Made by a program: the position numbers and the translations under genes. The notes under the pieces are model-generated. The model did no database searches and was not told the DNA's origin. It saw only the letters and a list, made by a program, of their open reading frames with translations. DNA of 64,000 nt from the NCBI GenBank assembly GCA_945870555.1, contig CAMBSI010000001.1, positions 21,656 through 85,655 of the forward strand, in the 5' to 3' direction. The DNA comes from Staphylococcus epidermidis. Its GTDB lineage: Bacteria > Bacillota_I > Bacilli_A > RFN20 > CAG-826. This document shows positions 9,376-19,558 of this stretch, in pieces. Within the stretch, counting starts at the first letter, position 1. Each line of letters starts with the position of its first letter.

Positions 9376-10629
9376 ATGAAAATTATCAACAGCAAAGATT
9401 TCTTACAAATACGCTTAGAATCAACCTTATCTTCTTTAGATATTGAGTTTCTAGCAGAGGCTTACGCACCTTTAATTGGTTTTGACGCCGTTGGTCTATA
9501 TCTATCATTCAAACAACAAGAATTATTGCTTGAAGGAACGATGATGACTTTAGAAACATGGCTAACGTTTGGCCAAGCCACTCCACAAGGATTTCATCAA
9601 GCTCGTATCCAATTGGAGGCAGTGGGATTAATTCGGACCTACCAACAAACGTATGAAAAGACCTACCTTTACACGTTATCTTTATTTGCCCCAAAATCAC
9701 CAAAAGCTTTTCTAGAGGATCCGATACTAAAGGGTTTAGTGATTCAAAGAGCAGGTCAGAGTTATATCAAACGACTAGAAATGAAATATGCCCTTCAACC
9801 GATTGACCGTGATGTAAAAGAAGTATCGGTATCTTTTGGTGAGGTTTTCCATCCAGATTTAAACCATCCAGCATTCATGAACGCAAGTCATGCCAATGTC
9901 AAAGGGAAAACGTTAGCAGAAATTCGCCAACCATTTGATGAAATCCTCTTTGCAGAACAACTGAAAAAGCAATTTTCAATTGACGTTAAAAAATTAAATC
10001 CTGATGATATCAAGCAAATGATTGCGATTGCAACCTTAACTGGACTAGATGAACTCGCAGCCGCAGAAATTGTTGGAACCAATCTAGATTTACAGCATCG
10101 TTTAATGATCGATAAAGTAACCCAGGTTGCTCGCCAAGAAAAACGTTTACCGTTTGTTCGGCAACGGCAACAACAAAAGTTACAACTTCAAGAAACCTCA
10201 CCTGAAACGATGGCAGTCAATCAAATGGAAATGCTATCTCCAATCGAATTTTTATCAATCAAGCAAGATGGATCTGAAGTTGCCGCTGCAGATTTCAGCC
10301 TATTACTGCGATTACAAACCCAATATGCATTACCAAATCCCGTGATTAATGCATTGATTCACTTTGTGTTAAAAACTCAAAACAATGCTTTAATGCCTCG
10401 TTATGTTGAAAAACTTGCGAGTAATTTAAAACGTGCAAAAGTTGAGCATGCGATTGATACGCTTGATTTTTTTCATGCGATGAATCAACCAAGACAAAAC
10501 CCGTCTTTTACACCACGCCAAGAGTCCGTAACTCCAACTGCCACACCTGAACAAACACAAGTCAATCCAACTGAAGTGGATGAAACCGAATTGAAGGCAC
10601 TTGAACAAACCATGAAAGGTTTAAAATGA
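9376..10629 (+). CDS. dnaB: Firmicutes DnaB/DnaD-family replication initiation / helicase co-loader
   Basis: YAPLIG..AV.LY, LEAVGLIRTY, C-terminal LPNPVINALIHFVL...YVEKLA; precedes dnaI. Confidence 0.88.
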   Translation: MKIINSKDFLQIRLESTLSSLDIEFLAEAYAPLIGFDAVGLYLSFKQQELLLEGTMMTLETWLTFGQATPQGFHQARIQLEAVGLIRTYQQTYEKTYLYTLSLFAPKSPKAFLEDPILKGLVIQRAGQSYIKRLEMKYALQPIDRDVKEVSVSFGEVFHPDLNHPAFMNASHANVKGKTLAEIRQPFDEILFAEQLKKQFSIDVKKLNPDDIKQMIAIATLTGLDELAAAEIVGTNLDLQHRLMIDKVTQVARQEKRLPFVRQRQQQKLQLQETSPETMAVNQMEMLSPIEFLSIKQDGSEVAAADFSLLLRLQTQYALPNPVINALIHFVLKTQNNALMPRYVEKLASNLKRAKVEHAIDTLDFFHAMNQPRQNPSFTPRQESVTPTATPEQTQVNPTEVDETELKALEQTMKGLK

Positions 10630-11522
10630 AACTTATCAACCCAAAACCGATCATTCAGGATGATTTTAATGAGGCGATTGAGCAAGCTATGCGGACGCTT
10701 CTCAACTCACCTTTGATGAAAAAGACGATCGAAAAGCTTCGCCTAAAAGATAGTGAAATTCGCCAAAACCTTGCAACCTTTATCAAGTTTGAAGCAGATG
10801 AACAAGATGTCCAGCAATGCCGTCTTGCAGGAAAATGTTTAAAACCTAAAGGCCATTACATCATCCAAGTTGACCGTAATGTGATGGGAATGATTGAACG
10901 TAAAATTCAACCATGCCCATTACTAGAAGACCAGTTAAAAGTTTCCCGTTTTCTCATTTATGATGAATTTAATCCTTCTTGGAAGGATTCAAAGTTATTT
11001 GAATCGCTCAATCAACGCGTTGGACAAAAAGCACTTTATGTTTACTTGATGAAAGTTTTACAAGGACAATCACGAGACGGATTGGCGTTAATCGGCCCCC
11101 ATCAATCGGGTAAGTCTTTTGGATTAGGGATGTTTGCCTATCGCTACGCATTAAATGAACTTGGCACCGTCGGCTTTATGGATTTTGCTTCGTCCATGAC
11201 TCGTTTGTTAAGTTTAAAGAAGTCTGATGAAATGAGTTTTACGCGTGAATTGACAAGAATTCAAAACTTAAATGTCTTTATCCTTGATGGGTTGGGAAGT
11301 CATCCAATTAGTGAAGATACCTTGTCAGATGTACTCATCCCCATTTTTTTAGGACGGCAACAACCCGGTCGGATCACGATGGTTTCAAGTACGGTTCCGA
11401 TTCCTCAGTTAGATGGCTTATTTAAAGGTTATAAAGATAAACGGATGTTAATGACCGAATGGTTAAATCTAGTTCAACTGATGACCAAAAACATTCAATT
11501 ACCTGCCATGTTGCCATTATAG
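10626..11522 (+). CDS. dnaI: Primosomal helicase loader DnaI (divergent)
   Basis: N-terminal C..C..H..C cluster, Walker A GPHQSGKS, Walker B-like FILDGLG; ATGA overlap with dnaB. Confidence 0.8.
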   Translation: MKLINPKPIIQDDFNEAIEQAMRTLLNSPLMKKTIEKLRLKDSEIRQNLATFIKFEADEQDVQQCRLAGKCLKPKGHYIIQVDRNVMGMIERKIQPCPLLEDQLKVSRFLIYDEFNPSWKDSKLFESLNQRVGQKALYVYLMKVLQGQSRDGLALIGPHQSGKSFGLGMFAYRYALNELGTVGFMDFASSMTRLLSLKKSDEMSFTRELTRIQNLNVFILDGLGSHPISEDTLSDVLIPIFLGRQQPGRITMVSSTVPIPQLDGLFKGYKDKRMLMTEWLNLVQLMTKNIQLPAMLPL

Positions 11523-12926
11523 ATATTTCAAATATGGTTTTAAAATCGCCTCTGATTTTTTTTCCCAAGCGTCAACGGATCCCTCATTGGTGAGGCGATG
11601 ATCGATCCATTGAACATAATCTAGATAATGATTTCTTTCATTGAGTAGCCATAACTGTTCAGCATGATTTTTTTGCCTTTTGATTAACCGCTCTTTTTGT
11701 AACGATGCATTCATGTCAATCCCAATGATGACATCACAATAAGCATCAAGATTGCTTTGAAATAATAAGGGAACTTCGACCAACACTACTTTAGCTTTTG
11801 TCTTGATTAAGGCTGCATAAATGCGATCTTTGACTAAAGGAAATAACCACACCATCAATCGATGATAATCTTGACTATGCGTAATCAAACTTCCAAGGAG
11901 CAAGGTTCGGTCAATTTGATGATTGATGATGGCGTGAGGAAATAAAGATCGGATTTTTGATATCGCAGGTTTTGTTTTGTAAATCTCGCCAACGATGTCA
12001 TCTGCTGAGATCGTCGAAAAACCTAACGTTTTACCTACGCTTAATAAGGCTGATTTTCCAGTCGCGATCGTCCCTGTGACCCCAATCACAAATGGTAAAT
12101 CAGGATGGTGCTGACAACGAGGGCAATAGTGGGTACCGCGGCCTCCAACCATGATTTTGTCTAATCGATGATGGCAACGTTCACAGGCTTCACCATCTTT
12201 GCCATATGCCTTGATTTTCAGGGTAAATGCCCCATCAATGGCATGACCCGATCGGTAACTTCGAATACGACTTCCGCCTGAAGCAATGGCTTCTAATAAA
12301 ATTCTTTTGCTATGGCTGAGTATGTCTTTGATTTGGGTGAGCGTGAGATCACGGCCTTTTGTTAAGGGATGAATACGCGATGCAAATAATACTTCATCAG
12401 CATAAATATTACCTAAACCTAACAAAATCGTTTGATCAAGTAAGATACTTTTGATCGGACGAATCGACCGATGTATGTTTTGATAAATGACGTTAGGATC
12501 GATATCGTTTAATGGTTCTTGTCCAAGATTTTTGAGTGAAGCGAGTTGTAGATAATCTTTGCTATTGGTCAAGGTAAACGTTCCAAATTTACGCATGTCA
12601 TCGTAAATCAAGCGGCGACCATCGCTTAAAGTAAACACAACATGACAAAAACGAGATAAGGGTGATTGCTTATCCTTTAACTCAATAAACTTTCCTTCCA
12701 TGCGAAGATGCGAAACCACAACCGAACCGCGGTCAAAAAAGAAAATAATGAACTTTCCGATCCGATCTATTTTTTTAAACGCTTGTCCTTTTAAGTCTTT
12801 TTCAAAAGCCTTAAAGGAAGGATGAAACATCTTTTCATAATCAGTTGAAATGGAGGAAAGAGTTGATCCCAACAAGATCGGTCTTAAGGTTTTAACGACG
12901 GTTTCTACTTCTGGTAGTTCTGGCAT
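11517..12926 (-). CDS. mutM-coaE: Fpg/MutM DNA glycosylase fused to dephospho-CoA kinase CoaE
   Basis: MPELPEVETV, HLRMEG, GLGNIYADE, CERC...CPRCQ zinc finger, then IGVTGTIATGKS, ADDI, EVPLLF. Confidence 0.93.
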   Translation of the reverse strand: MPELPEVETVVKTLRPILLGSTLSSISTDYEKMFHPSFKAFEKDLKGQAFKKIDRIGKFIIFFFDRGSVVVSHLRMEGKFIELKDKQSPLSRFCHVVFTLSDGRRLIYDDMRKFGTFTLTNSKDYLQLASLKNLGQEPLNDIDPNVIYQNIHRSIRPIKSILLDQTILLGLGNIYADEVLFASRIHPLTKGRDLTLTQIKDILSHSKRILLEAIASGGSRIRSYRSGHAIDGAFTLKIKAYGKDGEACERCHHRLDKIMVGGRGTHYCPRCQHHPDLPFVIGVTGTIATGKSALLSVGKTLGFSTISADDIVGEIYKTKPAISKIRSLFPHAIINHQIDRTLLLGSLITHSQDYHRLMVWLFPLVKDRIYAALIKTKAKVVLVEVPLLFQSNLDAYCDVIIGIDMNASLQKERLIKRQKNHAEQLWLLNERNHYLDYVQWIDHRLTNEGSVDAWEKKSEAILKPYLKYL

Positions 12927-12929
12927 AGG

Positions 12930-15488
12930 TTACTTTAAATCATACCAAGTTTCTGCGAAATGACCTTCAACTTGTAAAGGCACTTGCATCGGCAAAGCAT
13001 GTTCCATGATGGATTGAATTAATGGCATCACTTTTTCAATTTCCGACCTTGGGGTTTTAAAAATCAATTCATCATGAATGGTCAAAATTAACCTCGTCTT
13101 AAAATGTTTCGATTTGAGGGCGTGGTCAACTTGAATCATCGCAAGCTTTAATAAGTCAGCTGCGGTTCCTTGAATGGGGGCATTCATCGCCGCCCGCTTT
13201 GCAAACTCTCGTGCTTGAAAGTTACTTCCGGTGATGTCACGCAAATATCGTCTTCTTCCGAGAAGTGTTGAAACATATTTTTGTTCTTGTAAAGATACCA
13301 TTAACGATTGCATATACGTTTTTAACTCTGGATAAGCTTGATAAAAAGCATCTATTAACTGATTTGCCTCGGAAGGTGGAATCCCTAATTGTTCCGATAA
13401 ACCCCAAGAAGAAATACCATAGATGATGCCAAAGTTGACCGCTTTGGCTTGTCGTCTCATCCAAGAGGTCACCTCGCCACCTTTTGCAAATAAACGTTGG
13501 GCAGTCAATGTGTGAATATCAACTCGATTTTGAAATGCTTCTAAAAGTGGTTTACATTGTGCAAGTTCGGCAAGGATCCTTAATTCAATTTGCGAATAGT
13601 CAAACGAAAGAAGAACGTGCTCATGGTCAGGATAGTAAAAAGCTTTTCGAATTAATTTCGTTTCTTCATCTTTGACTGCGATATTTTGAATATTTGGATC
13701 AAATGAAGATAATCTTCCTGTCGTGGTTTGAGCCTGTTGATAAATCGGATGGAGCTTTCCGTCTGGATACGCTTGCGTTGGTAAGGATTTCACATAGGTA
13801 GATTGAAGCTTTGCGTATTTTCGATAATCTAGCAAAAATGCAATCGATGGATGTAAAGGCAATAATTGCTTTAAAACATCCGCATTGGTTGAACCTTTTT
13901 TTGGATTGGGTAGGTGTAGTTGATTAAATAAAACCTCACTTAATTGTTTTGGACTATCGATGTTAAAGGTTTGGCCACAAGCTTCAAAAATTTGCTTTTG
14001 TAAAAGTGATAATTTCTTATCCAGGTTGATTTCCATATCCTTTAAAAATGCAATATCGATTGGGATTCCTTCCATTTCCATCGATGCCAGAACTGGAATC
14101 AAAGGGAATTCAATGTCATAAACGACTTTTTCCATTTTTTTGTCGCGGAGCTGTTGGATCAATTGGTCCTTAAACTTGAAGAGTTGTTGCACAATTTGAA
14201 TCGACTGAACCTCTAAGGTTTCACCTAAGGTAATACCAAGTTGCATCATGACTTGTTGTCGGTTTAATGATGGGGTTTCATCAATCGCATAGGTTGCTAA
14301 CATGCAATCAAAAAAAGGTCCTTGAATGTCAAGATGGTAACGGTTAGCCAAAATCAAGAGTTGTTTATAATCGTAAACAATTTTTTCAATCGATGGATTT
14401 GCGAGTATCGATTTGAATTGCGAATCCTTGTCACTATCCATCATCGATAAAAAGTAACTTTTATCTTCGACTTGAATCGCCCAACCTTGAAGGGTTAATT
14501 GAAAATAGTTTCCTTCTTCAATCACAGGTAAGACGGCGATTTTTTTAGCATTCAAAGTTGGTAATTGCTTAACTTTTTCGTATTGAACCTCTTGGGTTGT
14601 GTTTGTATCCGTTGCTTTCATGAGGAACCGACCATTTAAGGATTTCATTTCATATTGGGTAATGAAACTTTGTAAAGCGGTATCGATGACACCTTGATAA
14701 CGTGTATTTGATAAAGGAAAAGGTAATTGCATCGTGGTTTGAATGATGGCAAGTTTTTTGGAAATAATGCCAGACTGTTGATGGGTGATTAAATTTTCAG
14801 CAGTTTTTCCTTTTAAAGTTGGAGCGGCTGCTAATACGTTTTCAAAGGTTTGATATTGTTGCAGAAGTTTTATCGCAGTTTTTTCACCAATTCCTGGGAT
14901 ACCCGGCAGGTTATCGGATGCATCCCCGACTAAACCTTTGAAATCAGGTACTTGTTCAGGAGTGATGCCATATTCTGCAATGACGCGTTCTCGGGTCATG
15001 CTAATCGTTTCACTGACACCTTTTCGAATGAGTTGAACGGTTAAATGCGGTTGAACGAGTTGAAGAAAATCACGGTCTGAGGTATAGATTTCTACTTCCA
15101 TACCCGCTTTCACACCTAGGATTGCTGCCGTACCGGCAACATCATCCCCTTCAAAACCATCTTGTTCAAAGGTAAATAAATTCAATGCTTTCAATAATTC
15201 TCTGGCAATTGGAAATTGTTTAATTAAATCTTCTGGAACTGGCTTGCGATGTGCTTTATAGGTTTCTAATGCTTCATGTCGAAATGTCTTTTCACCCGTA
15301 TCAAACGCAACCAGGATATGGGTGTCTTTTTCAACGGGAAATAAAATTTTTTGCAGCATGTTTGCAAACACATAAACTGCATTGGTGGGTATCCCACTTG
15401 CCGTGGTTAAAGAAGCACCACTATACGCTGAAGCATAGTAAGCGCGGAATAATAAAGCGTTTCCGTCAATAATTTTAAGTTTATTCAT
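12930..15488 (-). CDS. polA: DNA polymerase I
   Basis: 5'-3' exonuclease domain (IDGN..FRAYYA, GDASDNLPGIPGIGEKTA), TGRLSS.DPNIQNI, DYSQIELR, KAVNFGIIYG, IHDEL. Confidence 0.98.
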   Translation of the reverse strand: MNKLKIIDGNALLFRAYYASAYSGASLTTASGIPTNAVYVFANMLQKILFPVEKDTHILVAFDTGEKTFRHEALETYKAHRKPVPEDLIKQFPIARELLKALNLFTFEQDGFEGDDVAGTAAILGVKAGMEVEIYTSDRDFLQLVQPHLTVQLIRKGVSETISMTRERVIAEYGITPEQVPDFKGLVGDASDNLPGIPGIGEKTAIKLLQQYQTFENVLAAAPTLKGKTAENLITHQQSGIISKKLAIIQTTMQLPFPLSNTRYQGVIDTALQSFITQYEMKSLNGRFLMKATDTNTTQEVQYEKVKQLPTLNAKKIAVLPVIEEGNYFQLTLQGWAIQVEDKSYFLSMMDSDKDSQFKSILANPSIEKIVYDYKQLLILANRYHLDIQGPFFDCMLATYAIDETPSLNRQQVMMQLGITLGETLEVQSIQIVQQLFKFKDQLIQQLRDKKMEKVVYDIEFPLIPVLASMEMEGIPIDIAFLKDMEINLDKKLSLLQKQIFEACGQTFNIDSPKQLSEVLFNQLHLPNPKKGSTNADVLKQLLPLHPSIAFLLDYRKYAKLQSTYVKSLPTQAYPDGKLHPIYQQAQTTTGRLSSFDPNIQNIAVKDEETKLIRKAFYYPDHEHVLLSFDYSQIELRILAELAQCKPLLEAFQNRVDIHTLTAQRLFAKGGEVTSWMRRQAKAVNFGIIYGISSWGLSEQLGIPPSEANQLIDAFYQAYPELKTYMQSLMVSLQEQKYVSTLLGRRRYLRDITGSNFQAREFAKRAAMNAPIQGTAADLLKLAMIQVDHALKSKHFKTRLILTIHDELIFKTPRSEIEKVMPLIQSIMEHALPMQVPLQVEGHFAETWYDLK

Positions 15489-18400
15489 GGTTTGATAAAG
15501 CGCATTTGGTCGACTAAGAAATTATCATTTTTTTGTTGATCGAGTGTTCCGGAAACCACAACCAATTGTCCTCGTTGCAATTGATTCATCACTTTTTCAT
15601 AAACTTTTGGAAAGATCACCAATTCCAATTTATCGGTTTCATCATAAATCGTTGCAAAGGCCATGGTTTGACCTGCTTTGGTTTTTACAACCCGAAGGAT
15701 TCTCACTAATCCCCCCGTGGTAACGACTTGGTTTGATTGTTTACTTTCTTGTATCGAAATGACTGTGGCACTTTGTTTATGTTGACGAATTTGTCCGGAA
15801 ATACTCGTAGATAAAATCATTCCAGTCACATCAAGTTCTTTTTCGAGATTTTCAAAAGGTTGATCGGTTGCTTCCACCATGGCCATTTTTGGTAAAGAGG
15901 TTAGCGGCAATAAACCGGTCGCTTCATCTAAGAATGTAGATTGGATCGCAGCATTTTTCATTGCATTCGGTAAAGATGCTCGAAGGGTCGCCCTTGAAAA
16001 TGCAAAGCAATCATAAGCGCCAGCATCGATAAGCGCCAAATGTTGGTTGATGGTCACATTTAAAGGGAATAAACGGGTGACACAATCAAAAAAATCAACA
16101 AAAGGTCCTTGAGCGCGTATTTGAATCAGTTTGATGACCAAATCATGCTGAATCCCTTTTAACAACGTTAACGGGGCAATTAATTTTTGACCATCCATTG
16201 AAAATTGGGTGGAAGGCGTTTGAATATTTGGTGGGGAAAGTTTTATGTTTAAGGCTCTTAATTCATCTAAATATGCTAAGACTTTACTATCTGATGTCCC
16301 TGCAGAGGTGTTTAAAATCGCCGCATAAAATGCATGGGGGTGATAGGTTTTTAAAAATGCCATTTGATACGTTAAGGTAGCGTATGCAACGGAATGAGAT
16401 TTGTTAAAACCATAATCAGCAAATTTAAGGATGTGATTGTAAACGCTCAATGCATGATCGGCTTTGTAACCCTTGCTCACTGCCCCATCGATGAATGCTT
16501 GTTTTAAAGCCAACATCGTTTCATTATCTTTTTTCGAAATCGCCCGTCGAAAGTCATCCGCTTTTGCTAAAGAAAAACCACTCATGACCTGAGCAATTTG
16601 CATGATTTGTTCTTGATAAATGATGATACCAAAGGTTGGATTGAGGATAGGTTTAAGTTGATTGTCCAAGTAAGTGACGGGTTCAAGACCTTGTTTTCTT
16701 TTCGCATAACTTTCAATGTTATCCATTGGACCTGGACGATAAAGGGCAATTAAACTAACAAGGTCATTGAAGCGATCGACTTGAATCAATTTCATTGCCC
16801 GTTTCATGCCATCGGATTCTAATTGGAATAAGCCCATGTTTAAACCCATTCTTAATAAGGCGTAAACTTGAGGGTCTTCCATATTGATCTTAGACAAATC
16901 CACGACGATGCCTTGGCGCTTTAACGCGGTCAAACAAGCCTCAATAATGGTTAAGTTACGTAGACCTAAAATATCAATTTTTAAAAACCCTTGGGCTTCA
17001 AGGTGATTCATTTCATATTGTGCAATGGTTTTTTGACCTTGTTTCAGTAAAGGTAAAACACTTTCAAGTGGTGCTTGATTGAGAATGATCCCCGCTGCAT
17101 GCATACCGGATTGGCGAATAAATCCTTCAATTTTGTGCGCGAGTTTGATGATGTCAGCGCATTCAGGATCTTCATCAAATAACTTTTGAAACGAGGGAAG
17201 TTGTTTATATGCTGTACGTAAATCAAGTTTGCCATCGCCAAGCGCTTTACTTAATAATTCAATGGACGTATTGGAAAACTTATAAACTCGACCAATGTCT
17301 CGAATGGCTTGTTTTGCTTGAATTGTTTGATAGGTGATGATGTGAGTAACTCGGTTTTCTCCATATTTTGCTCGCAAATAATCAATGATTTTTTCTCGAT
17401 CTTTATCTGCAAAATCGGTGTCAATATCTGGCATGGTTTTTCTCGATGGATTTAAAAATCTTTCAAACAGTAATTGATGTGGTAAAGGATCGATTTCGGT
17501 AATGTCTAAGGCGTATGCGACTAAACTTCCTGGAGCAGATCCTCTTCCTGGGCCCACGGGTATACCTTGTTTTTTGGCGTATTGAATAAAGTCAGAGACA
17601 ATTAAAAAGTAATCCGCAAAACCAAGCGATTCGATCATGTTTAATTCTTGATCAAGTCTCTCCAAATAAATCATTTGCGAAAAATCAATCGGTCTTGCTT
17701 GTAATCCTTCGATTGCTTTTTCTCTTAGTAAGTCCTGACTGTTTTTTGTTTGATCAAACGTTAATAGCTGGCCACGTTTTGTAAAAAAATTAAAGCGGCA
17801 TAGATTACTAATGGTTACGGTTTGAATTAATTCTTCTTCGGTGTATAGGACCTTTACCTCTTCAATAGAGGGTAAGTATTGACCACCATTTTTTTCCTTG
17901 ATGGTTAACGTTTCACCACGGTGAATGGCTTGAAGAATATCAAGGATGATTGCATCTTGAGGCTTGCCGTAGCGAATATGAGGAAAAGCAACACAAGGAT
18001 AAGGATATTGATGACTAAAATCTCGATAAGTTTGGAGATCTTTGGTATTCGTATCTTGGTAATGTTCAATGCCTAAAAAAACTTTTTCAATCCCCACCAA
18101 ATGGGTTTGTAAATAGATGGCAATTTTTTCAAAACTTTCTTTAAAAATTTTGCTTTGCGCAGGCGATATGACGGCGAGTAAATGTTGATTAAGCTTTTGG
18201 AAACGATGGCTGGCAATTTTCCCTTCTTGGCTCAAATGTGTCAATTGAATAAGTTGACGATAACCTTCTTCATCACGTGCAAAAAAAGTGACCAACATTT
18301 CTGGATAAATTATGTCTAAACCAATAATCGATTGAATCTGATTTTTTTTAGTGAGGGTAGAGAATTCAGGGACACCAAATAAGACCTGATGATCGGCTAA

Positions 18401-18508
18401 TCCGACAGTCGCATAGCCTTTTTCTTTAATTGCGGAAATAAGGCGGTCCATTGTAAAACCACTTGATAAAAAGGAGTAAGAACTCGTAAGATGAAGTGGT
18501 ATAAACAC
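15485..18508 (-). CDS. dnaE: DNA polymerase III alpha subunit DnaE
   Basis: PHP domain, GPGRGSAPGS, LLFERFLNP, PDIDTD, KIDILGL, YGFNKSHS, C-terminal OB fold; GTG start. Confidence 0.97.
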   Translation of the reverse strand: MFIPLHLTSSYSFLSSGFTMDRLISAIKEKGYATVGLADHQVLFGVPEFSTLTKKNQIQSIIGLDIIYPEMLVTFFARDEEGYRQLIQLTHLSQEGKIASHRFQKLNQHLLAVISPAQSKIFKESFEKIAIYLQTHLVGIEKVFLGIEHYQDTNTKDLQTYRDFSHQYPYPCVAFPHIRYGKPQDAIILDILQAIHRGETLTIKEKNGGQYLPSIEEVKVLYTEEELIQTVTISNLCRFNFFTKRGQLLTFDQTKNSQDLLREKAIEGLQARPIDFSQMIYLERLDQELNMIESLGFADYFLIVSDFIQYAKKQGIPVGPGRGSAPGSLVAYALDITEIDPLPHQLLFERFLNPSRKTMPDIDTDFADKDREKIIDYLRAKYGENRVTHIITYQTIQAKQAIRDIGRVYKFSNTSIELLSKALGDGKLDLRTAYKQLPSFQKLFDEDPECADIIKLAHKIEGFIRQSGMHAAGIILNQAPLESVLPLLKQGQKTIAQYEMNHLEAQGFLKIDILGLRNLTIIEACLTALKRQGIVVDLSKINMEDPQVYALLRMGLNMGLFQLESDGMKRAMKLIQVDRFNDLVSLIALYRPGPMDNIESYAKRKQGLEPVTYLDNQLKPILNPTFGIIIYQEQIMQIAQVMSGFSLAKADDFRRAISKKDNETMLALKQAFIDGAVSKGYKADHALSVYNHILKFADYGFNKSHSVAYATLTYQMAFLKTYHPHAFYAAILNTSAGTSDSKVLAYLDELRALNIKLSPPNIQTPSTQFSMDGQKLIAPLTLLKGIQHDLVIKLIQIRAQGPFVDFFDCVTRLFPLNVTINQHLALIDAGAYDCFAFSRATLRASLPNAMKNAAIQSTFLDEATGLLPLTSLPKMAMVEATDQPFENLEKELDVTGMILSTSISGQIRQHKQSATVISIQESKQSNQVVTTGGLVRILRVVKTKAGQTMAFATIYDETDKLELVIFPKVYEKVMNQLQRGQLVVVSGTLDQQKNDNFLVDQMRFIKP

Positions 18509-18571
18509 TGGATTCTCCCCATTAATAAAAGCATAGCATATTTGCTATTCGTAGTCATTGAAAAGGTACGA

Positions 18572-19558
18572 TTATTTCAACAATTTATCTAAATCTGAAA
18601 TCAATTCAGGTAGGAGGTCAATGCTCGTTAATTTACATCCACTCGCTTGGGCATGGCCACCACCTTGATATTTTTGGGCAATTTGATTGATGGTGACTTT
18701 TTTACTTCGGATTGAAACTCGCCAAACCTTATCTTCCTTATCTTCAGAAATGGAACACCAAATATGAACATCCTTAATGTTACTAAACAAATTTACATTG
18801 TCTTTTCCTTGATTTGCTAACATGCCTAAATCGCTTTGTTCTTTATGGGTCAACACGTAATATGCAACTCCCTTTGGTGAGATTTGATAGTGATTTAATA
18901 AGTATGCGGTCACTTTGAGATCTTCAAGCGTTTTTTCATACATTTTTAAATACACATCATCGTGGGCATTAATCCCAGTTTCAAGCAAACGTTTTGCAAT
19001 TGCAAAGGTTTGAGGCGTTGTGGATTTGTACATGAATCGCCCTGAATCACCAGCAATGCCAGAAAAAAGGAACGTTGCCGTTTTTTTACTAAGTTTGTAT
19101 TTTGTTCCAAAGGCATCAATCACTTTCATCCATAATTCTGAAGCAGCACATGTTTCCGTTTCAACTAAACAGATATCTCCATAAGGATTGATGTTTGGAT
19201 GATGGTCAATTTTCATCACCATGGCGGATTTTGAAAATCGTTGGTCATCAATCCGTTCCATATTTGCAGTATCCACAACAATAGAAAGTGTTTTTTTATC
19301 AAAGAATTTATCTGAAATTTTTTGCATGGCTGGATATAACCGAGGTGTGAAAGAAGGGTGATCTTCACCAACTACTTTGACTTGTTTAAGCGGAAAGTTT
19401 TCCTTAATCCATGTGGCCACGCCCCATTGTGTTCCTAAGGCGTCAAAATCAGGTATGACGTGACGAAAAACAACAATTTTTGGATATTTTTTGATCGCCG
19501 CAAGGATGTCTAAATAAACTTTTTGATTCGGGTTTGCTTTATTTTTTAATAATGTCAT
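18572..19558 (-). CDS. nrnA: DHH/DHHA1 nanoRNase / pAp phosphatase NrnA
   Basis: RHVIPDFDALG, VDTA, IDHH, GDSGRF, SIRS, GGGHAQASG. Confidence 0.92.
   Translation of the reverse strand: MTLLKNKANPNQKVYLDILAAIKKYPKIVVFRHVIPDFDALGTQWGVATWIKENFPLKQVKVVGEDHPSFTPRLYPAMQKISDKFFDKKTLSIVVDTANMERIDDQRFSKSAMVMKIDHHPNINPYGDICLVETETCAASELWMKVIDAFGTKYKLSKKTATFLFSGIAGDSGRFMYKSTTPQTFAIAKRLLETGINAHDDVYLKMYEKTLEDLKVTAYLLNHYQISPKGVAYYVLTHKEQSDLGMLANQGKDNVNLFSNIKDVHIWCSISEDKEDKVWRVSIRSKKVTINQIAQKYQGGGHAQASGCKLTSIDLLPELISDLDKLLK

Noticed and set aside
18546..18553. Exact streptococcal cin-box TACGAATA on the minus strand upstream of dnaE
   Set aside because: A single 8-mer overlapping a small hairpin (ATAGCA-TATT-TGCTAT). 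It is not seen upstream of radC and no ComX-like gene is in view, so chance is the more likely explanation.
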